64,000 nt of DNA, from assembly GCF_001194135.2 (NCBI RefSeq), contig NC_068984.1, positions 66,329,950 through 66,393,949 on the forward strand, given 5' to 3'. The notes under the pieces were generated by a model. The model did not search any database, was not told the origin of the DNA, and saw only the letters and a program-made list of their open reading frames with translations. Below, piece by piece: positions 41,474 through 55,100 of the stretch (positions within the stretch are counted from its first letter, which is position 1; each line of letters opens with the position of its first letter). Origin of the DNA: Octopus bimaculoides. Lineage: Eukaryota. Both the position numbers and the translations under genes were made by a program.

Positions 41474-41692
41474 TTAACCCTTTAGCATTTTGGCCATATC
41501 CAGCCCATTTATTATATCTTGTTTTATGTTCAGACCAGCCAGATCTAACCTCTCCGACTTACCCTCCAATAGCATTCTAAAAATAGACAATCACGTCACC
41601 GAAAACTCAGTTATGAGATAATGCTTGATTAATTTAAAGCAGTGTAAATAAATAAGCATTACATTTGAGTAATCTGAATGCCAAAGGATTAA
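41474..41692. mobile_element. piggyBac-like MITE, family 1
   Basis: TTAA-CCCTTTAGCATT...AATGCCAAAGGA-TTAA. Confidence 0.75.
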
Positions 41693-42158
41693 GCTGGCCT
41701 TCATTCAAGTCTTTCTGTGTTCAAAGGCATTAATGTTATGACAGATTCACTGTTTCTTCAGGAATAGTGTATACTCTGAAGTACATTATCTGGTGTCCTA
41801 CCTCTTTTCAAGTAGGGACAGTGTGGTTTAAGGGAGATTTAACTGCTATTTCTAGTCGGTTTTTCAACTGTTGAATACAATTGTTAATTACGCCTATTGT
41901 TGTTTAATTCAGGGTAAGCTTTGCTGTCCACTGCTCTCATACTGAACAACAGCCCATATTAGATGTATTTTGGAGACTTCTAATAGAACAAGAAGATCAC
42001 TCAGCAACATTGATGTAGTTATTGGCAGACACACACAACAAGAAACTGAGGACCTACCAAAGCTAATGGGACATTGAAATTCCAGGGTTGGTATTGTGAA
42101 GCATATCACACTTGCTGTTGCTTGAAAAAGAAGAAAATACTTGCCTTACTTGGGTTGT

Positions 42159-42369
42159 TTAAGCCTTTTGCTGCCAATCCTCCTGAACTCACCCCTGGTT
42201 CTGTGATGCAAATTTTCTGTTTTAAAGTCATCTAAATTAAAACTTCCCCTAAAATTTCATGCTAATTAGTATTTCAGACAAAATTATTTTAATAAATTCT
42301 TCATTATTTTCAAAATTAATTGAAACAAGGCAGTACATTTGAACATAGAAATGGTAACAAAAGGGTTAA
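42159..42369. mobile_element. piggyBac-like MITE, family 2
   Basis: TTAA-GCCTTTTGCTGCCA...TGGTAACAAAAGGG-TTAA. Confidence 0.65.
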
Positions 42370-43029
42370 AATAGTCATTAAAGTAACTCATTTTGAAGTG
42401 TCAGGACACAAATCCCTACAATATTGCATGATTGATTGCCTGTACTGTATTATACACAACAATCCACAAAATTCATGTAAGCATCATGCTTGGTAATAAT
42501 AATAAATAATTAGTAATTTCTCAAGGAACATCGATAACAAAATATTGGATTGTGAGAGAATCTACAAGCAGAATTTAATTTAGATTTTTAATCAAGGGAA
42601 TTTAATTGCTGCTTTTTCTCTCTCTCTCTCTCTCTGATTTAATTCACAAATATATAAAATCTAATTTATTAATATCATTCAAACTAAATGCCATTGTGAT
42701 TATTGTTTATATTATTTTTTACTAACATTTGAAACATTTCCAAATAAGAAAATGAGATATTCTTTTTGTTTCTCTTTTCTTTCTTTTTCTTACTCATTAA
42801 CCTTGTAGTTTAAACAATTAATTCTGAATCATGAACTTAAAAATATAAACCTTCAATATTTTGTTTGCTTCCTGTATACTTTTGTGAAATGATTACAAAA
42901 AGATAAAGAGAAGGTGTTTTTAATGACTATTTTTCTTAGCAAAAATAGACACTAAATAGAGTCAATCTAAATATTACTGTATCCTGGCAGAAACAATCAA
43001 GATAACCATTATTAATGTTATCATCATTA

Positions 43030-43250
43030 TTTAAGGTACTGAGCTGGCAGAATTGGTAGCATCCTGGACAAAATGCTTAGTGATATTTTGTCCAGCTTTA
43101 CATTCTAAGCTCAAATGTTGCTGAGGCCAACTTCGCTTTGGTTTTCATTCTCTTAGGGTCGATAAAATAATTACTAGTGGAGTACTGGGGTTGATACAAT
43201 CAATTAGTATCTCCCCTAAAATTTCAGGCCTTGCATCTATAGTAGAAAGA
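43030..43250 (+). mobile_element. SINE-B copy
   Basis: GAGCTGGCAGAATTGGTAGC...GGGTCGATAAAATAATTAC...AAATTTCAGGCCTTG. Confidence 0.7.
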
Positions 43251-43300
43251 ATTATTATTATAATTATTATTAATACTATTATTTTTATTATTATTATTAT

Positions 43301-43981
43301 TGTTCAGTAGTTTTATTTTCATAATGTGCTTTCACTTCACTACCGAGCGCAGCTCTGTGCGCCTTGGGTTTGCTGTGGTTTGCTGTGGTGTTCTTATGTT
43401 TACTGTATTGAAAGTGTTTTGCGTAGAATGTGTGCAGTACCCAGTAGTACAATTTTCTGTATGTTATATATATTTGTAAGTCCTGGTATTTTTGTTATGT
43501 ATTTGTCTGAATATTTTTTTATTATACCTAAGGCACCTACTATGATAGGAATTGTTTCTGTTTTTAGATTCCACATTCGAGTTATCTCTATTTCCAGGTC
43601 TTTGTATTTTGAAAGTTTTTCCATTTCTTTTAGAGAAATGTTGTCATCTGCTGGTATTGATACATCAATTAGAAAGCATTTTTTTTCTTCATGATCTTTG
43701 ACAACTATATCTGGTCTATTTGCCTTAATTTCTCTATCTGTGTGTATTGGCATATCCCAGAGTATGGTTGCTTTCTCGTTTTCTGTGACCTTTTCTAGCG
43801 TGTGTTTATACCATCTTTTTTCTGTTGTTATTCCATAGTGTTGGCATAGCTTCCAGTGTATATAGGTCCCAGCTCTGTCGTGTCTGTGAATATATTCCTT
43901 CTTAGCCAGGACTGGGCAGCCAGAGATAATATGATTTATATATTCCTTCGTAGCCCGGACTGGGCAGCCAGAGATAATATG

Positions 43982-43985
<4 letters not shown>
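43301..43985 (-). mobile_element. 5'-truncated R4/Dong-like non-LTR retrotransposon: restriction-like endonuclease domain and 3' UTR
   Basis: Uninterrupted frame (43400-43985): HIISGC...RHD...ILWD...RPDIVV...LIDVSIP...EKLSKY...VGALG...LLGTAHILR, the zinc-knuckle end plus the PD-(D/E)xK RLE motifs. About 100 nt of 3' UTR with AATAAA. (TAA)n on both flanks. Confidence 0.9.
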
Positions 43986-44029
<44 letters not shown>

Positions 44030-45177
44030 CATCATCATCATTTAAGGTGGTAAGCTGGTAGAATTGTTAGCATGCCAGACAAAATGCATTGTGGCATTTC
44101 CTACACCTTCATGTTCTGAATTCAAATTCTGCCTTTTTTACCTTTCAGTCATGCATATGTTGAACTTTTAAAATGTCTTGCATATATTTATTCTTCCCCT
44201 CACAAATTGCATTTGCAGAGTCTATATTAGCTGGTCTTTCTCAGAAAACTCTAACTTTTTGAGTTTGTCTCTTAGATATTTATCAGCAGATAACAGCATA
44301 GCACACCCTCTCCCTACACAGAAAAGAAGCATAAAAAAGGTACCAATAATTACAGGTATAATGGCATACCTAAATTTATAATCTATGTAGAAAATATATT
44401 GGTTTCAAAGCAGTTGTTTGTAAATAATTTCTTTCTCAGTGATTTTGAAATAAATATCCACATTCCTAAGGCAGCTGACCTCTGTTACTGTACATAAGTT
44501 TTCTATATACCTCATGTTTTCAGTGAACCAATTTTGGTGAGAATATTCCACCAAATTACTTTTGTGTTGAAACATATGGGTGTAGCCAATAATAAGAGTA
44601 TTCTCTATATTTATTCTAAGATATTTCTTCCTATAGATGACATTGTATAATGTACATTAATGACAATTTTAGGATATTGCTGATCGCATATCTAATATTT
44701 TCTACAGAAATATGACATAACCAAAATTTTGGGGTCACATCTCAGAGGTTTGAGGGTTTCGCTCTCTCTTTTGTTCATTTGATATTCTGTAGCTATCTCC
44801 TGCTTTGAATTGCAAAAGTGTAACTATTGAAATGTGATATATTGTAACAGTCATGAGTACAATAAAAGCTACACTTTAGGCTAATGTAAGCATCCTCAAG
44901 TTTACAAGAAACATAGCCTTGTGAAGCATTTTTAGATAAGCAATGTGTTTTGTTCTAAGTATTTGTTGAGGCATATTAATCCAGGAACTCTGATGTCACA
45001 TAGCAGGTCATCAGGAAGTGAGTGTTTCTTGAGGAGTTTACTGCTAACCCACAAGTTATATGTGTGTAAATATGTGTGTGTTTGTGTCCGTGTGTGAATA
45101 ATATGTATCATTATCATCATCATTTGAGAGGTACCTGCAAAATTCTTTCAGTTCCTTGGCAGGTTCCATAGAATTGG

Positions 45178-45545
45178 TTTTGTTATCTTTGTGGCATAAA
45201 TAATAGTGGAGGTGGGTGCTCTGAAATGATTGTAACAAGAATAAAAACAGAATGGTAAAAGTTCAGAGGGCTATTGTCTCTGCTGGTAACAATGCGTTTT
45301 TCTTTCAAGTGAAGGGTAGATTGCATGATGCTTGTATTACGAAGTGCAGCGTTGCATAGTAGCAAAACAAAACATTGAATGCAAGGTGTATGCAAAGGCT
45401 GAGGAAAAATGAAGCAAATATGCTCTGCTGAATGTGTTATGTTAGTGTGCATCAATTGAAAGGAAAATTGGATATAATATGGATCTGATGTAGTTTGTAA
45501 GAGAGGAGACTGCATTAGTATGAACATGCAATGCATATGGCTAGT
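45178..45545 (+). mobile_element. Decayed RTE-type LINE ORF2 (RT thumb region) fragment
   Basis: Translation across stops and frameshifts gives GGGCSEMIVTRIKTEW*KFRGLLSLL / KVKGRLHDAC / LRKNEANMLC*MC / ERRLH*YEHAMHM, resembling RTE motifs such as W.KFREL, LYGSETW and RRLRWYGHVMRM. Confidence 0.75.
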
Positions 45546-46612
45546 AATAGCTGGTCTGTTTGTTGTTTTGCTTTCACCCCATTGTCCACTTAGCCACACT
45601 CTTTACTGACTGTTATGCATATGGAACATACAATTTTGTAAGGAAGCTTTGCATACCACTCTGGATATAACTGACTTGAATCCTTAAGAGCCTACTCTGT
45701 TCTAGTCGTCCCTACTCCCTTCTGCATTTACCACAAACATCTGTGAATTTAGTAACCCTTTTTATTGATATCTATATGAGTTCAAAAATTTATCACCTGG
45801 CTGATCCATATATATGTGTGTTTTTAATACATACATACACATAGCATAATCATCATCATCATCATCATCATCATTATTATTTAACATCCATGTTCCGTGC
45901 TGGTATGGGTTAGATAGTTTGACAGGATCTTTGATGTAGTTCTTGAATTCATTTGATCCATTGAGTCCAAGAACTACATCATGTTCCATTGGTTGCCTTG
46001 ACATGGTTCCTATGGCCTGATGGCCTTCCTAATGTCAATAACTTTATTCTGTGTGTATGTGTGTATGTGTGTATGTGTGTGTGTGTGTATGTGTATGTGT
46101 GTGTGTTAGTGCATGTGTGTAGAGCTTGGTGCAGTCTTCTGACTTGCCATCCATTTTCTACCACAATGTTTAACTCATGCCTGCATAGAAAATGTGCATT
46201 ACATGATGATAATGATGACAATGGTGTATATGTACTTTTGTGTAGACAAATATACTGTAATATCTATACAAGTTTGTGGATGTATATGTATGTGTGTGCA
46301 TTTGTATACACAAACATAATATAATATATATACATACATACATGCATATACATGTACATAATTATATGCACTGTTATGTATGTTTATGCTTTTAACTAAA
46401 AGAGGAAATCATATTTTGCCTCTTGGAAATGCATGCATAACTCGAATATAGCATTTCCTTACAGATTAAATTCATCAACAAAATACAAAGGCCTCTTATA
46501 TAACAGTTAAATTTTAGAAATACATTAGTTTTTTTATGTTTTTGGTTTGGAAATGATGTATTATATAGCCAAAAGGGTGAACCCTTTGCAGTAGTAAAAC
46601 ACACAGACACAT

Positions 46613-46643
<31 letters not shown>

Positions 46644-46847
46644 TACACGTATTATGTGTGTGTGTGTGTGTGTGTGTGCGTGTGTGTGTAGGTGTGTATT
46701 CCTGTACGTATTTTGAAGCCATATGCAGTCAGTTGTAAGGGATATTAAGATAGCTGCAGGTGTGTCCCAATTCTTTTGTAGAGGCAAAGATTTTAATCTG
46801 TTTCTCAACTTGCAGTAATAAAGTGACTTTGGGCTCTTGTTGGCAAT

Positions 46848-46945
46848 GATGATACTGATAACAGTAATAATAATAGTAATAATAATAATAATAATAATAA
46901 CAGTAATGATAGTTATGGTAATGGTAATAACAGTTATGATGATGA
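46848..46945. repeat. Degenerate (AAT)n microsatellite, one example of dozens of (TA)n, (CA)n, (TATC)n, (CAT)n and (TAAA)n tracts (e.g. 8910-8966, 20292-20338, 52092-52184, 58448-58535)
   Basis: Seen directly in the sequence. Confidence 0.95.
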
Positions 46946-48109
46946 CTGCATCATGAAATTAACAGAATAACTTGCAAAGAATATTTTAAGATAAGAACAA
47001 AAAGTTGATGCCCATGGCAAGTCAATTGATTACAAGGAATTTTTCTCCATATCGTTAATTGATAAAATAACTTTCATAGAGAACATGATTATCTACAAAG
47101 TGTTTGCATGTTGTCTGAGTAACATTTGCTTTTCTGTTAGCATTAGTACAAGATAATAATAATAATAGAGTTTCTAATCAGAAAAGAAAAAAAAAATGAC
47201 TATGTAAATTCAACAGAAATGTGCATTGATACTGACATAGGAAACTCAAGAATAAAATCTATTGTAAAACTCATTACATTGCTGTCATTGATCGACTAAC
47301 TTGAAGCTACCTTCATTAATAGCAGCTGCGTATCAGTAATATTTTGGTAATATATATTCACCTCTTAAGTGTCTGTTATACAAATTACAAGATGAAGGCA
47401 ATCTGTAATCTGAAACGTAATTACATGGCTTTTTGCACAAGGCCAACTCATTTGGAATATTTTGGTAATGATAACAATGAGGCCTGGTGTATATTGGAAG
47501 AAAACTTATTATCAGGAAAATTGAACTGCATTCATTCCGGCTGTCAGATATATTAATTTTGACAATTAAGTGATATGGTACTTATAGCAAATTTATCTAA
47601 ATGTTATTCATATGGCTGTTGTAGTCAATATGTCTGATCATTATTCATGAAGGGAATTTTATATTTCTAACCTCTTGAGAGAAAAGAAATCTTGAAAAGT
47701 AGACTATGGCTAAGTAGGTAGGACGTTGGAATTTGTAGCCAAACTCTGCTACAAGTATTTCAAGCATGATTTATGCTTCTGGTTGTCAAAATTTATGCAG
47801 CAGGAATCTTGACAAGAGTCAGATTTTTTTAATAGAACAACTGGTGTTAGTAAGGACATTCTGTCTTGTAACAGCTTCTTTTGAAAGTTAAGCTAATGTT
47901 GCATACAATCTCTGCTGCAACAACAAGAAAATGCTCATGAGTGACCAAAAGGACAAATTCAAAAGAACATATTGACAATGATTTATTTCTGGTTTAGAAC
48001 ATTCATATTACTAAGGATCTAATTAGTTTTAGGAATACATAAAATAATAATTGAAGCTAATAACTGATAAAAGATGCAAACTTTAGTCTATAATAATTTT
48101 AATTTATAT

Positions 48110-48378
48110 CAGCAGTCCCTGACCTTTTTTTTACTTTATTGACTGGTTTCATGCAAGACAGTTTTTTGCCATGGCCTGATGGCTCATGTGCATAACAAAA
48201 CACAATGAAGTGCATAATATATAATTTAATTATTTCATATATAATACAAAAACATCCTACAGACTACAATAGTCAATAAAATCGAGATAAAGATTTAAAT
48301 TTATTCTTACTGTGTGGCCCAGTATCAAATGATCCATGACTCAGTGCTGGTTCATGGCTCTGTGGTTGGGGACACTTG
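48110..48378. mobile_element. hAT (Charlie-like) MITE
   Basis: Ends CAGCAGTCCCTGACC and GGTTGGGGACACTTG. The flanking 8-mers ATTTATAT and CTTCATAT match 6 of 8. Confidence 0.55.
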
Positions 48379-50440
48379 CTTCATATTACATTTTACTAAT
48401 AATATACCCCACATCCAAACTTACTCAATGAGAATACAATACTGATCAACAAAATGAGTAGTAGTAAATTTATAAATTTATTAATTTGATTTGAATGACC
48501 ATTTATTTTCATTTAAAATTTTGCCTTGGACTTAGTTAATAGATATCACTTTTTAAGAAAATATGTATAAGCATGGAACATTCATAATTTTAAAAAAGTG
48601 GTATATGTTTGAATGGCTTTAATTACAGTTCTTTAAACTAAGAACAGATTTATTGTAGTTCACAAGGTTGATATATGAAAACTGTTCATTAACATATGTG
48701 TTTGTAACACTTCTTGTTCTAAAACTTTACTTGTTATAAATCTAATAATAATTTTTATGTTAACAAATTCAAGTACATTGGAAGGAGAGTAATTGATTTT
48801 CTTTTTAATCATTTATCAACTGCTAAACTTTACAAAGAACAAATCACATATTAATGTCTATATTGAAATTTATTTTTTCAAGTCCACTTTTATGCAAAGT
48901 TGAATTGCTATGTAACAAAATGTTTAACATAGAGAACATCTTGACTTAGTAACTGTAGTAACTTAACAATTTTGGATAAAAAATAAATACAATGAATAAA
49001 ACTGTAGAATTGATTTTCAAAGATCTGGTAGTTAAAGAAATTCTATAGATTCTAACAATTCCTTAGACATGAATGGTGAAGCTAGATATTTTATGCATGT
49101 ATTCACTCAGGATTAACTATGAGTTCATTATATTTACATCGAGGGGTACTGCCTACATAAAATTGGGCAAAATTGGCAACTTGCTAAAAGTGCTGAATAT
49201 GGTTGATTTCTTCCTTAATGTCTTTTGGCAAAAGGGAAAATGTGACCTTCCACATGATTACAGTTGGAAAGGAGGAACAAGAAGGAAGACATTAGAAGAG
49301 AAAATATGGGGTAAATAATTCCATATAATAAAATTTGTTATATCTTCTGAAGGTAGATATCTTTGTATATTGTTTATAGGATTTAATTACAATTATATGT
49401 CATTATCAAAATGAATTTAGCTAGTTGGTGCCATTACATAGAATTCAGAGAGTTTTGTTTTTAATCATGACTTAAATAAATCTTCAAAACCATAGAATAA
49501 ATTTACTAATTTTAGGAAAGAAATATCTTTGATCTTTCTAAAGATTTCCCAGCTTAATTAAATTTGCAATGCCAATTATTACCATGTTAGAAATGAAAAG
49601 GATTGGTAAATACCCTGCCAAAGAGTGTTTGGCAATGAAATAGTCAAACAATTAGCATTAAAGGAATAGAGTTGATTGATTGTTTAATTGAAATCTTGAA
49701 TCAAGAATGTAGAAAACATTCAATAATCTTGTTCATCATAGGAAAAGGTCTTCAGTTATTACCATTTTTGCTTTGAGAAAGAAATATTCACTTAAAATTT
49801 TAATCAGATTCAATCCTGGTAACATTTATTTAATATAATTGAACAAACATATTTATCTGCATATATAACTTCTTCTTGCTCTATATCCCTGTATGTAATT
49901 CTCTTAATCCATATCTCTGTATTTCTGTTTCTCTCTATCTCTCTCATATGTATCTCTCTCAACTGACAAGGACCAATCAGATTCATGGAAACAGCAGTAT
50001 TCAGTTATCTATTATTCCTCTAATGGTCTCTGCACAGGTAAGACAGAATTTTCTTATATTCATTGCCCACACGCGTCTTTGCCTGTAAATATCCCACCCT
50101 GGAAACTTATCAGCTGCTATTTCTAGCAATGATCATACTTCATGTTCATGTGCTTTATATATTTATAATTCTACTTATTCTTTATTCTTGCTGGATATTG
50201 ATATTATTTTAATAATATTTATATTTTCATGTATATATATATGTATACATATATACATGTAGGTCTGCATATATATATATATGTATGTGTGTGTGTGTGT
50301 GTAGGTGTGCACATATATAAATGTGCATGTCTGTATATATGTCTATGTGTGTAAGTATATATATATGTATATGTATGTATATGTACATATGTATATGTAC
50401 ATATATATATGTATGTGTATATGTATGTATGTGTGTAAGC

Positions 50441-51155
50441 ATTTGGATAATCCCATAAATAATACAGTTTTTCAATTGCATGAACTAAAAGTTGGATGCG
50501 GGATAAACTACCTGCGTTAACTTGCTAAAAAGCAGGTAGTAATTTTACCTTGTACTTATTCTTAGTGCAAATTTTGAAAAGTGCAGTTAGATTTTAACAG
50601 TTATTTCTTTTTTCAATACTATAATGGAAGTGACAAAGGAGCATATTTCGCATATTTTGCCTTATAAGTTCAATAAAAGAAAGTGTGGGGAATATTAATG
50701 CAGTATATGGGGATCAGACAATAAGTGCAAGCCAGTGTCAACGGTGATTCCAGAAATTCTGAGCCAGAAACTACAGCCTAGAAGATGAGCCTCATCCTGG
50801 AAGATCTGTAGAGCTTGACGAGGACATCCAGCAAACCTTGGTGGAACAAAATCCTGTTGTAACTGTTGAGGAACTAGCAGAGAAGCTTGGTTTCGTTCAT
50901 TCAGCCAAGTTAATGCTAGAAGAAAAACAACCATCTTTGGTTTCAAGAGGAAAGGTGTCTTTCCATCAAGATAATGCTTGGCCACACACACAATGAGGAT
51001 GACATTCCAAAGACTGGAGCAGTTTGAATGGAAAACAATGCCTCACCCACCATATTTGCTGGACATTTCCCCATCTGATTATCATCTATTCTGCAGTCTT
51101 TGAAATCATTTGGACAAAAAAAAACAAAAAAACGCATTATCTATGGGATGACCCA

Positions 51156-51158
<3 letters not shown>
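50441..51158 (+). mobile_element. Internally deleted mariner element with both TIRs
   Basis: Left TTTGGATAATCCCATAAATAATACAGTTTTT versus right reverse complement TTGGGTCATCCCATAGATAATGCGTTTTT. Translation: MEVTKEHI...SLEDEPHPGRSVELDED...VEELAEKL, then directly FHQDNAWPH...PHPPYLLDISPSDYHLF. Confidence 0.9.
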
Positions 51159-51194
<36 letters not shown>

Positions 51195-51531
51195 TATATA
51201 AATGCAGTTAAGTATATGTCTGGACATAGAGTGACCAATGGTTTCCATTCATAAAGTGCTTAAATCTATGGATGATTCATCAGATTCTAATGGTGGAGAT
51301 ATGGCTTTTGCTATCAGAGTCTAACAAGTCTTCTATAAAGCCAATGCTTTATGGATGTGAAACCATTCGCCACTCTATGATTAGGCATATACTTAACTGC
51401 ATATAAATACATTACTGCTCTATGCTTTAGAGTGTGTTTCTTTTTCAGATATATTATACACGATATATACACTAATATATATGAGTTTGTGTGTATATGT
51501 GTGTGCATGTATGTGTGTATATATGTCTGTT

Positions 51532-51567
<36 letters not shown>

Positions 51568-52088
51568 AGAATAAGGGCAGGGAATCGTCAATTAATAATA
51601 GAATTAATAATTAACAATTTTGCCAAGTAGTTCAGAATGAAAAAACCTTTATCGGTAAAACCATTTATCATCATAAATATACAGGGATTAGCAGACGCAC
51701 ATGGAATAGATTTCTTTGAGATGGGATGCCTGAACTCACTAGCCGATGAATTCGTAAGTGCCTTTCTTATCGTTGATTTTTGGTGCCGCATGGCCAAAAA
51801 TTACCGTGAATTATTTAGAAACACTTTCAAATTTATCAGAATATCGGACTGATGATTTGGAATAGGGAAATTTTCATTCCCTTAACCATGAAACGATCGT
51901 ATCTGATTAACTAAAGACTTGTTTTGTTTATGCTTTCCCCTCCGGTTTTTTGTTCTATGTGTGCCATAAATATCGCTATCCATTTAGAGAAAAATTTGTA
52001 GTTTAGAATCAGTAGTTCTTTGACTGCTATTTCTAAATTTTCAGTATGTTGGAGAAGCAACTCAATGCTAATCCCTGTATATTTATGA

Positions 52089-52187
<99 letters not shown>

Positions 52188-55100
52188 TGAGTATATGTGC
52201 ATATATATATTATAGGTTCTTATAAAGTATACTCTTGTTTCATCTCAATTTCATGTTCTTTAGTTGTATTGGTTTCATCCATGAAATAGGAGATTTAGAA
52301 AAATTAAGGATCACGTATGAGTTTTAACAGGAATAAAAGACTTGATGTGAAAAAATTATAATCATATAGTCTCTTAACCTCTACAACTAAATTTTTAAAA
52401 AACTCAAAAAAAAAAAACACAGAACAAAAATCAATATCACCTTTGTTCTTTGCTGTTCTTTAAATCTTTTACAGTGTTTTGACTAAGAAATTTTTACCAT
52501 TTGGAAATGAAATAAAAAAAAGTTAGAAGAAAATAAAAAAATAAAACAAGGAATAGACAATAATAGCAATTCTACAATATTTTTTCACATTTTTTTTCAG
52601 TTTTATTCTTTTCTTTTATTGCCTATTACTAGAATTTCTTATCACTGAGACTTAATTAGACAGTCCTGTTATTTGGTTGAATATTGACAAAAACACAGAC
52701 ATACAGAGTACATAGAACAGATATGTACACAGAAAACTCATGCACACATTCACACAAACATACATACATACACCCATGTGGAGTTTGAACGAGGAAAATG
52801 AAATAGTTTATAGCTCATGATATGACCTTGCCGAACAAGATAACCTCTGTTAGGTTTCATACAGAATGACCTAACTATCCACAGGAGATATTTCTGCTGT
52901 AATCCCATCATTTTACCATTAAGTCAGTCAGGTTTTCAATAATAATAATAAGAAGAAGAGGAAGAATAATAAACATAAATTAAAGAAAGAAAAATAAACG
53001 CTAAATAAATGAAAATAATAAATATTTTTTTAAAATTGTTACAAGACAAATTCAATTTCCAATGAGTATTGAACCATAAATCAATGTTCTATGGGAAATT
53101 GATTTTATTTTATTGTTATGATAATTTTTATGTCCTCAAGCTGGGAGTGACAGTTGTAATAAAACCCAAAAGTATGAGTTCATTAGATGAACTAATTGCT
53201 TTGCATACTTATATCTCCAAGTGGCATAGTGAGTTAGATGAATAAATATTCTCCACTGCAAACATTTGTTTTGAGAATCTGTGTGTAGCTCCTGCATTAA
53301 AGTAGCTTTTACATTTAAGATTTCTCAAAAGGAAAGAAAGCTAAATTATTAAAAATAAATTAATGAATTATAGAAAAAAACAGCAAATGAAGTAGATGCA
53401 TTCTTATGCATAAATGGTAAAACCATAGTTTGAAAATAAAATTATATTAAAAAGTGAATTGTGCCAGTATAATATGAAATGGTAGTTTAGATGATCACAT
53501 GGTGAAGATATGGATTACCACCTTCTTCAGTGCATGAATGCTGGAGAAACAAAATAGAATGAAGAATCAACACTATAACTAATAGCTCTCATGACTAAAA
53601 GATGATGTGTTTCATAACATAACACTAAGAGCAAAGTAATTAGTGACCAATAACCTTAGAAAAGATTATTTTTATATTAAGTTATAGCTATATTAAGTAT
53701 TGAATTAGTAATGGTATGAATACATTCAAAACACTAAGAGAAGGCTTGCATTGAATTGCATTATCCAACAGCTTTCTGGACAGAGGAATATAATAATAAT
53801 TTAAAACTAATTGTGCTGAAGTTATTCCATTGTATTTCCTGTTGTTTAACCTTGGACAAATAATAGAAGCCACTGGCATCATAGTACTTAATGTCAGAAA
53901 CTAAGAAATCTTTTAGTTGACCGGTTTGCTAGATAGTGTGCAGCCTTCTTAAAACATGCAGTCTTAAATGTATATTAATCACACACATGCATGTGCATGT
54001 TTGTACACAGACTCACAACGTGATATTACTGCATTATTCTTATTTAATAATTTCTGCCAGAATTTCACTGTTTCCAACTGATCACTGATGTCAAATGTCA
54101 ATAAGCTTGGCTGATTCTGAGATAGATGACTTTATATAAACTTCAATCAGCTATAGTAGTAGATATCACAATTTGATGTGAATGACTGGAAAGCATTCTA
54201 ATCGAGGCATAAACTATAAAAGTCGCAGCCACAATATTCATGTACAATTATTGCATTTACTTTCAATTTTTCCTTATAAGGTTAAATGCCAGAAAATTAA
54301 TGACAATGATGTTTAGTTGTCTTTATTGATGTTATAAATTTGATTGTTTTTGAATATTCAAAGATAGGCATAATCTATACAATTTAAAATTCCTTACGCT
54401 AAGCAAATATTAGTGTAAAAATGGGTGTGCTGGTTTTCGGTGTATTTACGCTTCAGACATGTAGAGTGCATGTCTGACTCTTGGTGCTTTATAAGGTCCT
54501 CTACAGGAAGCTACACAATGTTCAACACAGCTGAAAAACCAAAGACATGGTTCAAAGACCAGCAGGGAAAAATGCTTTGACGAGGAACAACATCAATCCT
54601 TCATAAGTTGAAGACATTGCTACATGTTGTTCATTTAGGTGAGCTCACTGTTGGATGGGAGATTGAATATATTTATAGTATTAGCAGGAGAAGAAAGTAA
54701 AGGAGTATTACACATGCAAAGTTATATTTGTAACTGCTCACCAAACATTTCCTGGATAATGGTATAACGAAGTTATGTGAGAAACATTGTATGATAATTT
54801 CTGATAAGAAAATATGGACTGGAAAAGAGTTGTAGATGAGCCCAGTTTTGAGAATGAAGATTTGGGCAGAATGTTTAATGAAAGGCCTTGTAAGACCATA
54901 TAGGCACTAAGAAGAAATGAATCAATTGATGCAGTGGGTTCTTCAAATGTAAGTGTTTTAAAGCAAGCATAATCATGTGATTAGTGATTGTAGTAATTGT
55001 ATCAGACAGAGAGGATTTAAATTATTACAAATATTCCAGTTTTTGCTTTTATACTGAGTATACTTTTTCTTTAGAATGAAACAGATGTGTGAAAGGTTTT

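Noticed and set aside
54454-54478. 9-bp hairpin TCAGACATG-TAGAGTG-CATGTCTGA; also CACTCAC-6-GTGAGTG near 63248
   Set aside because: Too short for a pre-miRNA, no Helitron CTRR end follows, and such stems are expected by chance.
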